From: Trichodelitschia bisporula
Lineage: Eukaryota
Length of the DNA: 64,000 bases
NCBI GenBank assembly: GCA_010356995.1
Contig: ML996691.1
Location: forward strand, 192,174-256,173
Direction of reading: 5' to 3'
In this document: in pieces, positions 13,115 through 23,941 of the stretch
How the letters are laid out: each line of letters starts with the position of its first letter
How positions within the stretch are numbered: position 1 is the first letter of the stretch
Position numbers and translations under genes: made by a program
Notes under the pieces: model-generated
The model's input: only the letters and a program-made list of their open reading frames with translations
Told to the model about the DNA's origin: nothing
Database searches by the model: none

Positions 13115-13695
13115 TTATCACGTGCTCGAGGAGACGTCAAGAATCTCGCTTCGGAGCAATGGGTTTTAGGCGGCGCCTTGGTCGGGAATTATCGCTCAAC
13201 CTTCCATCTCGAAGCAATCATTCGCCACCGAAACTGCAGGCGAGACGTAAGAACGAGAAGGTTAGCCAATGGTCTGGTGGCCTTGGTGCTCTATCGCCGA
13301 AGAATGGCGCGATTGGGACACTCCTAGGTAGTACTCCACTGCTAATCAGAGATGCGGATATCATCGTCCCAAATATTACCCTCAGCTCTGCATCTTCTTA
13401 TCGCGAACTTGTCAAAATACTAACAGAAGTACGGCATCATGCGGCACCTGGCAATGCCGCACTTCGTCCCGCACTTTTTCGATGACGATAGCGCGCATGC
13501 TCCCCTGCTACCCCGCTGAGGGGTCCGCATCTGACAGGCTAACGTTACCTAATTCGCGTCGTCTGGCGCCCACCGCGTTCGCCAGCCTTGCGCTCATTGT
13601 CATATCAGCGTCTTATCGGACCCACAAAGCAATCAATGCGATTCCCGTAGTGAGCGGGGTATTCCCGCGCGGGGAGCGCAGACTTGGGATATAAG
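13115..13695 (+). promoter_or_regulatory. fmdS promoter with clustered HGATAR (AreA/Nit2-type) sites and a TATA-like element
   Basis: HGATAR on either strand at 13115, 13189, 13291, 13398, 13486 and 13613; TATAAG at about 13690, roughly 100 bp before the ATG. Confidence 0.6.
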
Positions 13696-13793
13696 AGCGC
13701 GGCGCATGGAATGGGGTTGGGTTTAACTTTCCTATCCTTCCATTTCTTCCCAATTGGGCAATTGAGTTCACAGCACTGCATTTTTCAGACAAG

Positions 13794-15233
13794 ATGTCGA
13801 AAAGCATTCGCACTGCTGCGTCGGTGGACCTGAACACCCCGGCTTGGGAGCAGGAAGTCCTCCACGTACGTCACCTATATCTCCCTTCCCCTCCACTAAC
13901 ACCCACAACAGAACCGCTGGCACCCCGATAGTCCGTCCCCCTTCCCCCCCCCCTCCCAAACACTAACCCCGCAGTCCCCCCCATCGCCTCCATAAAAAAC
14001 AACGAAGTCGTCAAAATCGAATGCCACGACTGGACCGGCGGCCAAATCGGCAACAACGACAGCGCGGACGACGTGCGCGACGTCGACCTCACGCGCGTGC
14101 ACTACCTAACGGGTCCCTTCGACATTGAAACCGCCGAGCCGGGCGATGTCCTCTTAGTGGAAATCCAAGATGTCCAGCCGTTTCAGGACCATTTGTGGGG
14201 GTTTACGGGTGTGTTTGATAGGAAGAATGGAGGGGGGTTTTTGGATGAGATTTACCCGGAGGCGGCGAAGGCGATTTGGGATTTTGAGGGGATTTTTTGT
14301 AGTTCGAGGCAGTGAGTTCCCGGTCCCCCCTCCTGCTCCAGTCTTGAGTTCAGTACTGATGTCATCCCCAGTATTCCCGGCGTCCGTTTTGCGGGCTTGA
14401 TTCATCCCGGTATCCTGGGCTGCGCACCCAGTCCTGAGATTCTGGCGGAGTGGAATAGGCGCGAGGGCGAGTTGATCCAGTCGTGCGCGCACATGGACCG
14501 GGATGTAGCGCTCGCGCCTAATCCGCAGAACGTGCACGTGGGGAAGGGCGACGCTGAAATCAAGGAGAAAGTTGGGAAGGAGGGGGCGAGGACGATCCCG
14601 GGCCGGCCGGAACATGGGGGGAATTGCGATATCAAGAACCTGTCCCGCGGGAGCAAGGTGTACCTCCCCGTGCACGTCAAAGGGGCGAAGTTCAGCGTAG
14701 GAGACCTACACTTCAGCCAAGGCGACGGCGAGATCAGTTTCTGCGGCGCGATTGAGATGCCCGGGGTCATTACGCTTAAGTTTACCGTTATGAAGGGTGG
14801 GATGGAGATGTTGGGGATGAAGAGCCCGATTTATCAGCCGGGACCGGTGGAGCCGAGTTTTGGGCCGGGAAGGCATATTTATTTTGAGGGGTTTAGTGTG
14901 GATGAGAAGGGGAAGCAGCATTATATGGATGCGACGGTGGCGTATCGGCAGACGAGCTTGAGGTGCATTGAGTACCTGCGCCGGTATGGGTACAGCGATT
15001 ATCAGAGTTATCTCCTGCTGAGCTGTGCGCCGGTGCAGGGGCATGTGGCGGGGATTGTTGATGTAGGTTTTTCTCTTTGGGGGTGGGGTGCTAGCTGACG
15101 AGGACAGATTCCGAATGCTTGCACGACTATGGGGTTGCCGATGGATATCTTCGACTTTGATATCTCGCCCAGCGTGCCGGCTGAGAAGCGTGATTTGGGG
15201 ATGTGTGCCTTCTCGAGCGGGCCGCTGAAGTGA
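13794..15233 (+). CDS. fmdS: Formamidase (FmdA/AmdA family)
   Basis: Exons 13794-13865, 13912-13930, 13975-14311, 14372-15062, 15108-15233. LHNRWHPDIP, ECHDWTGGQI, VHYLTGP, HPGILGCAPS, EHGGNCDIKNLSRGS, GDLHFSQGDGEISFCGAIEM, IVDIPNACTTMGLP. Confidence 0.95.
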
Positions 15234-15475
15234 AGGGTTTTGGGCGAGGGAGTGGAATGAAGTGGCAAGCAACAATGTCTTTCCATCGCGGGAATGAAGT
15301 CGAATTCAGGCTGATATGACCACGATGCCATCTTTGTCAAGCACGTGCGTGAGTGCCTCAACCGCCATTCTTTGTCTTCACTGCAAACCCCATGATGTTC
15401 ACACTTTCGCATTATCAACCCGACTACGAGTACACCAGCTACCCGCGCCGTGCCATACCCTATACATAAACGAAC

Positions 15476-16585
15476 TTACAACCCAAATACCTTGTCAAAG
15501 CTAAACTTCGGCCCAACCTCCGGCGCAGGAAGCACCAGCGGAAACCCATTCCCCCTCTCCTCCACACCCACGTCCCGCATGACAACATCCCCCTCCGCAT
15601 CCCTCTTCAGACTCGTCGCCCTCTCCTCCTCCTCGCCTTCGCTCTCATCAACCTCCTCCACAACCCCAAGCCCGGATTCCCCAATATCCCGTCTCTTCCT
15701 CGCCGCCCTCATCAACCCACCCCAGAACACATCCCCCCCACCGCCGCTCTCATCCCTACTCACCAGCCTCTCAGGCCCCTCCCCTACCAACAGCCCCTTC
15801 GAGTCCTTCCCCGCCACCTCCGCCAGCGTAAGCAAACTCATCGTCTTTGTTGGTTCCTCAGTAGCCGGTGCGTTCTCGGTAACCGGCGCACTCTCAGTCG
15901 GCACAACCTCCGCAGCCAGCGCACTCTCCACAACCGGCGTATGAACAAACGCCCCCTGCTCCCCCCCCACACTACTCATCCTTCTTCCCCACCGACACTC
16001 AGAAGGATAATCGCAATTCTGCGCACACCCCTCCCCAGGAATCTTCTGATCCGCCGCCGCCGCAATCCACCTCGGGTCAAGGGACGGGCGGCCCAACGTC
16101 GGCGCCCACGGCTTCTGCCCTTCACTCGCCCTCCTCCCCCCCACAACTCTCCCCGAATCACCCAGCCCCATCGCCCCCGCCCTCCGCCACCTCGCCCACT
16201 GTCCCCAACCGTCATAATCAAACTCGCTCTTGCACGCCTTATGCCTGCGCACCACCTCCTTGCACACCAATCTCCCATTCTCATCCCTCTGCCCCGTCGG
16301 CACCTTCTTCGTGCTCGTACCGGCGCAGAAGTAGTGTCCGTCGTCGAGGCACCGCCGCGTTGTGCCGAGAGGGTAGGTTGTGTGGCAGAGGTGGCATTGC
16401 CAGAGCCAGGGGAGGGGGGAGGCGGGGGGTGGGATGGAAGAGGTGGTGAAGAGAGGAGGTGGGGGGGGTTTGCGGGTGGTGGGGTGCGGTTGCGGGTGCA
16501 GCGGGCTGCGCGGGCTGAAGGGTGAGGGGGGGATGGAGAGGGGGGAGGGGCGGAAGGGGGTGGGGTGGATTTTTAGGGCGGGCAT
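15476..16585 (-). CDS. Uncharacterised fungal protein with Cys/His (putative zinc-binding) motifs
   Basis: Single open frame from ATG 16585 (MPALKIHP..). Motifs WLWQCHLC..YPLGTTRRCLDDGHYFC, CKSEFDYDGW and CAQNCDYPSECRW, flanked by Pro-rich and acidic low-complexity regions. Confidence 0.72.
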   Translation of the reverse strand: MPALKIHPTPFRPSPLSIPPSPFSPRSPLHPQPHPTTRKPPPPPLFTTSSIPPPASPLPWLWQCHLCHTTYPLGTTRRCLDDGHYFCAGTSTKKVPTGQRDENGRLVCKEVVRRHKACKSEFDYDGWGQWARWRRAGAMGLGDSGRVVGGRRASEGQKPWAPTLGRPSLDPRWIAAAADQKIPGEGCAQNCDYPSECRWGRRMSSVGGEQGAFVHTPVVESALAAEVVPTESAPVTENAPATEEPTKTMSLLTLAEVAGKDSKGLLVGEGPERLVSRDESGGGGDVFWGGLMRAARKRRDIGESGLGVVEEVDESEGEEEERATSLKRDAEGDVVMRDVGVEERGNGFPLVLPAPEVGPKFSFDKVFGL

Positions 16586-17217
16586 TGCTGTGGTTGTGGG
16601 TTGGTGTCGCTCGGTTCGATGCGAGATTTGGTGCTGTGGTGATTGCGAAGACCGGCTTCGTCGTCGTCTCGTCGCGCTGATATCGAATCGAAATGCTTGA
16701 AGACTCCCAAAAGTGCAGTACCTCTCCTCTCCCCCCACCGACACGAGGCGGGGGACTTATGTACCGCCCCTCCTTCGCCTGTGCTCGTGCAGCTGTCTGG
16801 CGCGCGTGGGGCGAGGCTGGATCGTGAGCGCGTGTGCGCTTTGTCGTGTCTCGGAGGGCGGGCTTTGAACTCACAAAGAGCGGCGGGGGGATAAAGGGGG
16901 GGGGGGGTGTCGAAGGGATAAAGCGCTGCAACGGCGGAGGTAGGCGAGCGTTTGCTTGAAGCGGTTGCTGTTCTGGAAGATTTCCTGATGCGGTGAGGAG
17001 GAGGAGGTTGTTGGGGATATGGCTGGGGGGGCAGACTTGTTCCAACGTTCAAGCGGCCGTGGCGTGCGAGAGCTGCCGCAAGGCTCAAGCACCACTCTTC
17101 AGTGACAAAGCACCATGTTCGAATCCAACAGGAGCCATTCAAGATCTGGCATGCAGCATATTGTACGGTACCCTTTTGCCCACCCAGATCGATCACGCCC
17201 CCAGCACCCGTCGTCCC

Positions 17218-17257
17218 NNNNNNNNNNNNNNNNNNNNNNNNNNNNNNNNNNNNNNNN
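17218..17257. other. Assembly gap (N run)
   Basis: 40 N bases. Confidence 1.
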
Positions 17258-18319
17258 CACAAGGCTGACACCCGCCAACCCACGGCCTCGCCCGTGCACG
17301 GGAGCACGCATCACCCCCATCCCAGGAGCGATCACCCGTGCTCCATCTATCACGGGTAGCGGGAAGCTTAGCAGTTGTCCTCAAAGCTCCATCCTAGCCC
17401 CAGGAGCCATAAGATCGCCATCTAGTCCATAAGCACACCCATCAGCGCCTCGCCCATGCCCAAACGCGGCCGGACCCAACTCCGCTGCGCACTTCCCTCA
17501 TCCGCGGCCGTTCCTTGCTAAAACCCCCCAACCGTCCAAACATCCCGTACCACCATCACCGCCCCACCCACAACATCTCCGCGGAGTCAACATGCCATCT
17601 CAAACCCACCCAATCCCCCTTCTTGCACCGTCAGCCCTACCCGCCAGCCCCTCCCGCACCCCAGAATTTTCCAAACTAATGCCAAGCACACCCATGCCTA
17701 CCAACGTGCTGGGAATCACAAAGTCTACTCTGACCTCACCTCCATTTCTTCAAACACCAGTTCAGTTGCCCTGTTGCTTCTTCTCGTCGAGTTCACATCG
17801 TTCGATTCAAGTGCCATTGTGAGCAGAACGTCGTTCCAATCTTTCTTCTTGCTCTATGATACAGTCCTCCTCTCCACTCCTCCCAGACCATCGTCCCTCA
17901 TATGCCTGCCCTCCATCAACCAACCTTTTGATCTCCCCCCCTCAAGCGAAAGAAAACCCCGGCGCCGCCGTCCCTAGACAGCAGGCACCGCATTAAAAAG
18001 ACAGTGTACACAAAAATGACTGACAGCGGACAGGGAGGCCTCCCGCTCACCCGCCAAAAACCCCATCCAACCCAGAGCCAGCCGTCCTAACCTCCCAAAA
18101 GTATTCAACCCAAGAAACGCGCTTGCTTCCATATGTTTCAACAAAGCGCCCACGCACATCCGGATCAGGAAAATGGTAAAATATCAAGAAACTCGCAGAC
18201 CTTAAAAAGAGAAAAAATGTGGTATCCCAGAGTCCCATCAAACAGCAACGCTTGCTAAACCAACCCGCCCACTCCAAGCAACGCAACCAGTCTAGTCTAT
18301 TCGACCGACCCAGGCCCGC

Positions 18320-20094
18320 TTACTCCACCTTCCGGCCCTCTAGCTCTGGCTTCTCCACATTCGCCGCATGACGATCGCCCGCCACGCCCGTGTGCGCGTG
18401 TCCACCCTCAGACGCCGCCTCGCTCGGCTCCTTGCCATCGAGCATCTGGCTGTGCTGCAAGATACCATGACGCTCGCCCTGGGGGATGCTCTCCGCGCCC
18501 GGCTGGAGCGGGTCGCTCTTGGCGGGCGTCCAAGCGAGGTAATCGCGGCGCACCTCAACGTAGTCGTAGGCAAATTCGCCGAGCTGGTCATCGTCCATGC
18601 CGAGCAGTTCCGCCTCCTCGCTGGCGCGCAGGTGCAGGCCGGGGATGAAGTTGATGGCGTAGGCGAGGATGGCGGACACGACGAAGGAGTAGGCGATGAC
18701 GGCGATGGTATACGCGAACTGGATGTACAGCTGCTTCCAGTTGTGGTCGATCCAGCCGCCGGTGATGACGCCGGTGTTCACTCCGTCCAGGCCGATGATA
18801 TAGCCCGCGCCGAAGAGAGCGTTGAACATCAGACCAACCATGCCAGCGACGCCGTGCTCAGCGAACACGTCGAGGGCATCGTCAACGCGGATCCAAAATT
18901 TGACTTTTAGGGGTTAGCGCGGATCATACGAAAAGGGGTAAGAATAGCCTACCCTTGGTGGCAAAATTGCACACGACGCCGGACGTAATGCCGAGAACGA
19001 TGCTGCCCCAGGGAGTGATGAAACCAGACGCAGGCGTAGCGGCAACGAGACCGGAAATGGCACCGGAACACCAGCCGACCATGGACCACTTGCGCGCCAG
19101 ACGGAAATCGAGCAACACCCAGGTCGTCGCGGCAAAGACAGCAGTCAGGTTCGAGTTCCAGCAAGCCATGACAGCGCGGAGATTGGCACCGAAAGCGGAA
19201 CCGCCGTTGAAGGCCAACCAGCCGAACCACAGAAGGATGGTGCCGAGCGTGATCAGCGAGACATTGTGCGGGCGGAAGTTCAACATCATCTTCTCCTGGC
19301 GACGGCCGAGAACCATGCTGTACGCGAGCGCCGACATGCCAGACACGACCTCGACGGGACCTCCGCCGGCGTAGTCGAGCACGCCCCACTTGAAAGCCCA
19401 ACCATTGACGTTCCAGACCCAGCACGCCACAGGGCAGTATACGATTGTAGCCCAGAAGAAGATGAAGATCATCATCGGAATGAGACGGCCACGCTCGGCA
19501 ACGGCACCGACGACGATAGCAGCGGTAACGGCGCAGAATTGCATCTACGGAATCCTAATCAGCGCGAGCCCTGTCACTTCTGCAGAATGACGTACCTGGT
19601 AGAAGGCGTACAGCAGATCCGGGATCAGCGGCGAGCCGGGGGATGGCGCACCGAGCGTCTTCCGCAGGCCAAACTTTTTGAGATCACCGATAAAGCCGTT
19701 CGTCGCGTACTGGCTAAAGGCCAGCGAGTATCCCCAGAAGTACCATTGGAAGGTGATGACAGCCAGGGACATCATGCAGGCCCAAATCATGGACAGAGCC
19801 GACTTTCTGCGCGCAAGACCGGAGTAGAGGAAGCCTAGACCCGGCACCATGATCATGACCATGGCGGAGGCGATGATGATGTACGCCTGATCACCGGATT
19901 GGAACCATTGGTTCAAGTTCTCGGTGTCTATCGTCCGTCAGCGGGTGTCGCTCAAACACGAGGAACGCGGCATCGCCAGTAGCAAGATGCAATGTGCCCC
20001 GATAAGCGGAAGGGTTCGACGTACTGGAATCACCGCCCTCGAACTCGTTGGTGCCATTGAATTGCGTCGGTGGCCCGACCCACGAGTAAGACAT
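18320..20094 (-). CDS. meaA: Ammonium transporter (Amt/Mep family), MeaA/Mep1-Mep3-like subtype
   Basis: Exons 20094-20025, 19927-19596, 19544-18953, 18903-18320. PGLGFLYSGLARRKSALS, GAVAERGR, DYAGGGPVE, FRPHN, LWFGWLAFNGGS, DDALDVFAEHG. Glu at the first pore-His position supports the subtype. Confidence 0.93.
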
Positions 20095-20570
20095 GGTGGG
20101 GACAATGAAGACTGCGGGGAGTGGTGGCGAAGCAGTTGTTGTGATGCAGTAATGACGCTACCAAGGCCAGGACTTGCTGGCGGGGTGCGTGTTTGTTAGA
20201 TGATGATGTTGTAAAGAGAATGTATGAAGAAAAGGTGGGGATGGGGAAGAGGAGAAAGGGTCCTGAGGGTAGAAGCCGGGTCGGGTGGTTATATGGGCGG
20301 AAGGCGGAAGGCTGTTTTCTAGCCTATGGAGCTTGGACGCCCTGAGCCGCGAGCTTAAAATTTAAAACGGACAAGGTTAGGGCGGGTTGACGAGGGGGTG
20401 CGAGGGGGGAGGCCCTGGCGAGCGGGGGGGCGGAGGTTTGGTGGAGGGTGGGGCATGCAGATGGTGGAACGGGCAAAAGAGAGGATGGGGGGCGTGGAGG
20501 AAGTGTAGGCAATAATAGAGAGGGTGGGAGGTATGGGGGTTCGTGGTGGTACTGAGTACGGTAGTGATGG

Positions 20571-21428
20571 TGATAGTAAGGATACTGTAGATTGGAAATT
20601 CTCGCAGGGCTGTCCAGCGATCTCGGCTCCTCAATTCACTCGCGTGCAGCCAATAACCATTCAGATGGAGGGGATAAAAAGATGGAGAAGATCATGAGAA
20701 GATGAAAAGATGCAGCGGTTGACGAATGGGAGAGACGAAAGCCATGCCGAGCTGCTTATCTCGTGGGAGGACGTCTGCGAGGCGCGGGGCTGCTATTGTC
20801 TCGTACGTGCAGAAATGCAGAAAAGCAGATGAGAGCAGAAGAGCACTCGACTCGAGCTTCACGTGGTCTTCTCTCTGATATCCCTCATACGGATTGTGTG
20901 GTTGCAGCTTTGGAGTGTCCTCGTGCATAACCTCTCCAGCCGTGGCGTGGGAATCGATCGTGGGCGGTTCCTTGTTACGGGATCGCGCGTTGCAGCTGGC
21001 GTCGCCTTCAAATTAGCCCAGGTTCGACAGGATTAGAGACTTTTTAGTGATGGTGCTGGAGGCGTGAAGTGCCCACAATAGATAAGGGAGTCATGGCACG
21101 ACGTCACGGCTATTGTGAGGCGGGAGAGTGAGAGAGAGAGAATGAACGAGATGTGCAACGGGGACGGGACGGCAGAGGTACGGGGCACTATGCAGAAGGG
21201 TCAAGAAGAGAAAGAGAGTGACAATTGCATCGACAAAAAGACCGGAGAGATGATGAGGTCATACAGAATGTCTTTGATGGTCTCAAGTGAGAACAGACAG
21301 ATGTCCAGCTAATCCCACGCCAAGCCATTCCTTATCTCTGTCCGTTGATCACTGACCTGCGTAAGTGCGCCTCCGCCAAGCAACGCCATCTCTGGGCGCG
21401 GGCGAAAAGCGAGGAGTACCGCTGATAA
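20571..21428 (-). promoter_or_regulatory. HGATAR sites upstream of the ammonium transporter
   Basis: TGATAG 20571, TTATCT 20756, AGATAA 21080, TTATCT 21332, TGATAA 21423. Confidence 0.45.
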
Positions 21429-23241
21429 GGCAAGTGTGGAGAGTGAAGATTGGGTTAGATCGGATATTTTGTGGCGCCTGTAACTGGGGGAATTGTGTCG
21501 TGTGTCTGTTTCCCCATGAAACGAACAGACGAACCACGCGGCTGAGCGCGGAGAAGAGCAAACCAGCCTGGTTTCGAAGAGAAAATTCCCTATCTCTACG
21601 CTTCTTTGCCGAGTCTTGGCAGGCGAGGCACTTGGCCGCAAACTCCCTTCATGCCTGTCTCCTTCCGAAGCATCCTCGTCTTCCCCGGTTCAGCCATTGA
21701 TCAACCACAGTTTGATCGATCCGATCGCCCCCAGCTTCCCCCGTCTAAGCCCATCGTCCGCAAGCTCCGCGATATATCCAGCCCATGCTCTGTAAGCTCT
21801 CCGCATAACTAAGCTATACATCCGTATGCGCTTCCACGCCGGTCGCCGCACCTGTAGCCGGTACGCAGTACACACGGTTCGAACCTACGAAGTTGCCAGG
21901 ACTCTTCGCGTCTGGGGTCGTATGTCCGGCGCGTCGTGGACGGTAGCCGTGCCGTACCGCATCTGCCATTGCGCCGTCGACAGGTGTGGCGCATGGGGGT
22001 CGTGTGCCAGGCAAGCAAGGGGAGATTCGGCGCGCGAAAACGCGAGATCAGGCGGTCCTGAATTTGGCATCAACCTCTCACTGGTTCTCACACCCCGCGT
22101 TACCCGTTTGTGGCACAGAAGCCCGTATTGCTAGCCACCGCTTGCGGTAAACATACCCCCCGTCCATTACCCCTTTCGGCCTCATATCGCCGCGCTAGTG
22201 CCCAGCGGAGCAATGTCCTGGAGCTTGTACCGAACGCCATTATGTCGACTACGTACCTCGAGATTGGGATATCGGTCGATGAAGGGCTTCCATGAGTGCT
22301 TTCGCCGAGCCGCTACGTATGTACGAAGTACTGCTCCAATATGCGGTGCATTCGCGAATTATGCTCGACGTTTGAGCGTGGAGACTGCCGATGTTGATTG
22401 CATACCGGCCAATCAAGCTCCGAGATGCACGGCCTCATCACTGCCTCATCCTATTGCTCGTCGTGGTATCGCTGGTGAAGAGCGGGGCTGAAGTCGCAGT
22501 ACCCACGCCCAGCATCAGATGGGGGCATCGGCAGTGTTCTCCGCTGCTTCCGTTCGCGAAAAAGACACCGCCTCATATCATCAGTACCTTTCCCCGTACT
22601 CATCGACGCTATTGTCTTTAGCCCTGGCTTTACGACCGCCCACGCCACGCTGGCCCCCACCTGCGTCTGCAGCGGCTAGAACCGTGCCTCGCAAACGACC
22701 AGGTTAATCAGTCGCGTAAGTAACCAGTCCCCACTGTCAACCCCCGGACGCAAAATCTGACGTGCAGCGGTTGTACGCAGCGGCCTCCCGGCTCTAACTG
22801 CGGTCCAGGCGAGCGGAGGGCTGGAGGTTGAACCTCACACAGCATCGCCCTGGTGTGATGCAGGGCCGCGTCCGTCCACGGGAGAGGTGTCATGCTGCGG
22901 AGAAGAAACCGGTCAGACCCCCGATATTGAATCGGCAAGTCGAAGTGCGCAGACAGAGCATCCACTGCCCGGCAGTCATGCCATCATCTCAGCTGGTCCC
23001 CTTCAGATCACCCATCCCACTCATATCCCCAGTCCCACGCCTCCCGCGCGCCGACACCACCCAGACACGTTCTCGGGCCGGCTTCTAGAACGTGCACGCA
23101 GCAGCGCGCGCGGTGGCATGCCTGAGGCTGGAGGCCGTGGTACGACATTCCGCCGTTCGTGATCGATATACATAGATATTCATCATCAACCGCCTGTGCC
23201 TGATATGCCGTGCGGGAGTACAGAGTCTGTGCACCAGTAAG

Positions 23242-23941
23242 CTCAACTCAAATCACAACACCAACCAAGCAACCCAAACCTTAACCAATATCGGTACTCC
23301 CAACGTGTGATGTCCGCGTAACCATTCTCCCAATCTACCCCACCACCACCCTCGACGTCGTCCAAACGCACCCACCCGCCAAGCGCCAAGCCGGATAAGC
23401 GCGCGGCCTCTGGTTCGCAGCGGAGCCCTCCGCGCAGAATCGCATGCAGACAGCAAACTCGGCCCCCATCGCAGGTCGTCGTCCATAATCCTTTCGGCAC
23501 GCGCATCGGGCACGCCGGCGCGCATTCCACCCCCGCATCTCGCCCTGCCGGCCCAGTCCCCACCCTGACCCGCGACCCCCGCCCCTGCCCCGCCCACGAG
23601 TCCCGGGCCCCTTCCTGTCTTGCATCCCGCTTGCCCGCTTGTAGGGCCAAGGCCTAGGCCGCCCACGCGTGCGGCTCGACAAAATTCATCGGGTCAGAAA
23701 ATGGCGCGTTTTGGGTGCGGCGCGCGGGCCCGGCGGCGTGGGTGCGTAGGACGCTGGGTGGAAGTCCGGGCTGCGCGGGGGGTGTCATTTGTTCGTCTCA
23801 TTGCGCCGGAGGCGGGTTGTGGTTGCGTGGGCGGATTATGTTTTGTGTGCTGGGATGACGTCGAAGGGGGTTTTTTTTAGACGGGGGATGAGTTTTCTTG
23901 AGGTCGTTGGAGTTTGGGGTTTGGGAGTTGGTTGAGCTGAG
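23242..23941. repeat. Degenerate inverted repeat (fold-back), about 700 bp
   Basis: Reverse complement of 23349-23371 matches 23845-23867 at 18/23; 23426-23437 matches 23771-23782 at 11/12. Further colinear short matches extend out to CTCAACTCA / TGAGCTGAG. Confidence 0.45.
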
